64,000 nucleotides of DNA from positions 90,832,001 through 90,896,000 of the forward strand of contig NW_024704742.1 in NCBI RefSeq assembly GCF_018977255.1. The letters run 5' to 3'. A program made the position numbers and the translations under genes. The DNA comes from Callorhinchus milii (Eukaryota). Positions within the stretch are counted from its first letter, which is position 1, and each line of letters begins with the position of its first letter. Below, piece by piece: positions 60,373 to 64,000 of the stretch. The notes under the pieces are model-generated. The model was given only the letters and a program-made list of their open reading frames with translations. It had not been told where the DNA came from and made no database searches.

Positions 60373-63003
60373 ATGGTATTATTATAACACTTTAACAAAA
60401 ACATTTTGTTCAGCCATCACTGCTGGGATCTCTGGGAACAGGGTATTTGCTTGTGTGCACCCCACCCCCCCTGCCCTCCCATACCCCCAATATAGTACTT
60501 GTACTGCAGTCTACACAGTAAAATAAGAGCAAAGGTAAGAACAGAACAGAAAGAATGATCAGACTTGAAAAAGAAAGACTGAGATGACCATTTTGAGAAT
60601 GACTGTTCATTTGAGCTGGCAGTTAACCTGACACATTAACCTCTACCTTTCCCATTTAGATTCCAATCGACCAGCTGTGCATTTCCACCATTAGTTTTGT
60701 TTTTTTAGTTCAGATGGTCAATATTCTCTATTTTTTTGTTTCGTGAGACTTAAACATATTGCTGGATGGACTGGTTGGAGAAACTGTGTCTGGATTGCCA
60801 ACATGGCACACAACAAAGAGTTTGAACTTTCTGCATCTTTTTTAACCAGGATCTAATTCACGGTATTTCTTAATGGAATTTGTTAATAAAGAATCCATTA
60901 AAATTCCCATCGACCCATGAGAATTCCGCTTTGGACATGGATCAAGCTGGAATTGCGTTCTCGTGTTCCATTTCTCTGAAGGTGTCCTAATTTATACACT
61001 CCCACTTGTACCCTTGTATTCCTTATTAAGGAATTCCCTTTGAAGCAGGTAAACACTTAAACAAGTCTAAAAATTATACAATGTGGCTCTAAAGGAGATG
61101 CCCCCCCCTCCCATTAGCAAACAAAACCAGGCAGATTCTCAGCACTCCAAAGCATTGTTGATGATTGATCAGCATTTCTGCTTCAGCTGTAAGACAAGGA
61201 GGCAGAGTTGTGTTCTCAACCCTTACAGGTCAGGCTGGTTTGAGCTGCCTGAGACGTACCTGGTGACCAATTGTTTTTAAAGAAGAGTTGATAATGAAGG
61301 AGCAAAAATTCTCCAGGTTTTCATAACAAAGCAAGCGATGGTGAAGGCGGGTGATGTGACACAGACATTAAACCCAGTGGCTGACTGGCTAAGCGCAAAG
61401 GCCCTTGAGCTGGAGGATGGAACAGTGCGGTATGAACGCTAAGTATATATGGAAATAGAACAAGATTGAAATTGTTAATAGTTTGTAGACACAGAGTAAC
61501 TGGTTCATTTCTTCTCCCAGTTGGTCCCAAGTCCAAAGAGTCCAATTACCCTCCATAATACTGTAACAAAGTCTATATAAATATTATTTTTAATGCCGCA
61601 GGGATATTCAGATTGCTTGCCTTCATTGTAAGGTACCTAAGTAACTAAAACCTGCTTGAAGCAGCAGTATCCCTTTTGAGCTGTGATTAATAATCAAAAC
61701 TACCCATTCTTGATTTGCATCCACAAGATGCTTCCTGATGGATTTGAAGTGATCCCTTTAAAAGTGTGTTCACATCAATGCTTCAGAGTGAATTTAATAA
61801 CAGCCAAAGTGTGCAGAGATTCAGGGGATAAAAGTCACCCCCGGATTGTAGCGCATAAAAAGATCTACAGGACAGTATGTGTCCAGCGGATCTTGCCAGT
61901 CCTTGGATTGGAATTGTTAATGCGGTTCAGACAGTCTGTGAAATAAAATTCTATTTTTGAACAAAAAAATAATTTAAATGTGCTCCGTTTAATAAATAAA
62001 TAAAATCCATGATGCATTGCTCCATCTCCATCTTCTTGGGATTCTCCTACCTTTTCCCATGTAGTTTGTTGTGGAACAATAGACTTGACATGTGGTAAGG
62101 TAGAATTGCAGAGACTATTGAGTTCAGATCTTTCTCTGTGGGGTGTATTACTTCATGAAGATTGGAAATGATGCCTCAAATTAAAAGACAAAGCATTGCA
62201 ATTAACGAATAGACAAACTAAATGACCAGTAGTTTAGTTTACAATTTTAATTCGTATCTAGATCACTTGTTGAAACTACTTAAGCCTTTCAAAGCAGCAT
62301 TATTGTATGGTGTTAAAGATAAATAGTCTGTGTATTCATGTCTGCCTTTTGTGGAGTGCATGTGGTTAGGAGAGTGCTCGGTGTGTTACTCTGGGCTTGT
62401 GTTTGCTCTGAAATGTCCTTCATCTGATGCTGTAGGTGTTGGGTGATAACGCCATCTCCCAGGAATGTGATAATTAACTCCAGTGCAAAAAAACCTTTAA
62501 CTAACTGCACTAAATCCTCACTTCAGTGGTCAGTGCTGCGCAAACACGTTCCAGGAGGTGTTTAAATTCAATCCGGCGAATATCACACCATTAGCGACAG
62601 CACTGCTTTGCTGCTATTCTTTCACCCGTCAAAGCCTCTGGGGGTGGGGGCACTGCCCCTGATCCAGGCTCTCTCATTTGCAACGTGCCTCTCGAAGCGT
62701 ACCCTCTGGTACCACGTTTCACCCTCACTCTCACTTCATGGAAGCTTCAATTTATTTTTAATCCCCCCCCTCAAAATTTACGGAAACCATAACTTTTCTC
62801 TGAAAAGTAAAAGAGGATGGGAAAAAATCCTCGTGGTTTTCAAAGAGCTTAGGGCGTTGAGTTAGAAGGCACATTGAGATGTGTTTTTAATATAGCATTA
62901 AAAAGTAAAGGACATGTGTTTTTAAAAGGAACACATGACTTAAAGTGGAAGGGGATCCACAACCCAGTGTAAACCTTGGATTTGCCTTGACTCCACACCT
63001 TGA

Positions 63004-63066
63004 GTGTGTGTGTTTATGTGTGTTTGTTTATGTGTGTTTGTGTGTGTGTGTGTGTTTGTGTGTGTG
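63004..63066. repeat. Interrupted (TG)n microsatellite
   Basis: TG run with TTTA/TTTG interruptions. Confidence 0.92.
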
Positions 63067-63769
63067 CAAAAAAAAGTAGATAGGGACAGTGGCGAGACAT
63101 GCGTTGAGACAAAAGAGCTCCTGAGAAAGCAGCTGGAGTTTTTATTCTGTTTGCGGTTTGTAGTACAGCTGGTTTCAAATGTGTCAGCCTTGTTCTGCAG
63201 AGTTTGCCACAGTTCCATCGCCAAAATGTGAATGTCACAGCTGGTAGTACTTACTGTATCTGCTGTAAAGTATGTGATTCATTAACTGGAGCCTTCTGGT
63301 TGTTGCACCAATCTGGTCATGTTTTTGTTAGGATGTGGTAAAATCAGTGTAGGGGGTGCAACAGCTCCGGAAATCTGCGACTGCTTAATTTTCAACCACA
63401 ATCAGGTTTTCTTTTCGTTACATGAAAATTGAACGCTGTTTTTTAAAAAAAAGACTTGTTTTTTGGGGGATGTGACATAATCTGGTTTGTGATTTTCTTT
63501 TGTTCGTGTGAGTTTAATAAACCAAGTTTAACGCTGAGATGGTAAAATTAATTTTTTTAAAAAAAAATTGTTTTGTGGGTTATTTTTGGCAAAAGATATT
63601 TTCTTTTGCCCTTGGACTTTCCCACCCATGGCCCATGATGCCAGGCAGCCCCAATGAGCCGTAATATGAAAGTTGTTTGATCCACATGCATCCTACCACC
63701 ACTGCTAACTGGTAAAGGGATCTTTGCCCCAAGATCTATCAGCATGTAGTGTAGTTTGTCTCAATCCCT

Positions 63770-63945
63770 CTGCCTTGTCCCCTCTTTATCTATCTCTAAA
63801 TTTTAAGATTTACCTCTTTGACCCCACCTATGGTCACCTCCTTGTTCTCCTTCTCCTGTGTTTGGCATCCACATCGCCACCGTGCAGCATTCCGAGATTG
63901 TATTCTGTGTGAAAGGTAGTTTCATAAATGCAAATTGTTGGTGGT
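63770..63945 (+). mobile_element. L2 3' fragment
   Basis: TACCTCTTTGACCCCACCTATGGTCACC...ATAAATGCAAATTGTTG. Confidence 0.7.
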
Positions 63946-64000
63946 TTCGACACAGCGAGCAGCCAATCTGTTTCTAACAAGTAAGAGTTCAGATAAAGAA

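Noticed and set aside
1..64000. Naming the host gene or species
   Set aside because: No exon with a peptide I can confidently recognise; a database search is required.

Overview
This is vertebrate nuclear DNA, almost certainly non-coding (a large intron or intergenic stretch). The repeat repertoire points to a cartilaginous fish; this is inference, not a database result. It consists of L2 and CR1 LINE fragments, tRNA-derived SINEs with a Deu-domain-type body (SacSINE1/AmnSINE1-like) and palindromic MITEs. No intact protein-coding gene and no recognisable host exon was found, and the host gene is not identified. The dominant feature is a decayed, near-complete L2 ORF2 (APE endonuclease + RT) on the minus strand at about 10470-14525. 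It carries nested insertions: a younger L2 fused in frame, and a SINE that itself contains an L2 tail. Between the repeats lie repeat-free blocks that look like conserved non-coding elements. The most notable is 32341-32670: a canonical plus-strand 3' splice site, a 57-codon frame, a stop codon and an AATAAA, with the stop and the AATAAA on opposite arms of a predicted hairpin (candidate structure-regulated intronic terminal exon). Two candidate alternative first coding exons both end in phase 1 (5252-5390 and 38897-38957). Repeat boundaries are approximate; target-site duplications, splice motifs and stems were read directly from the sequence.
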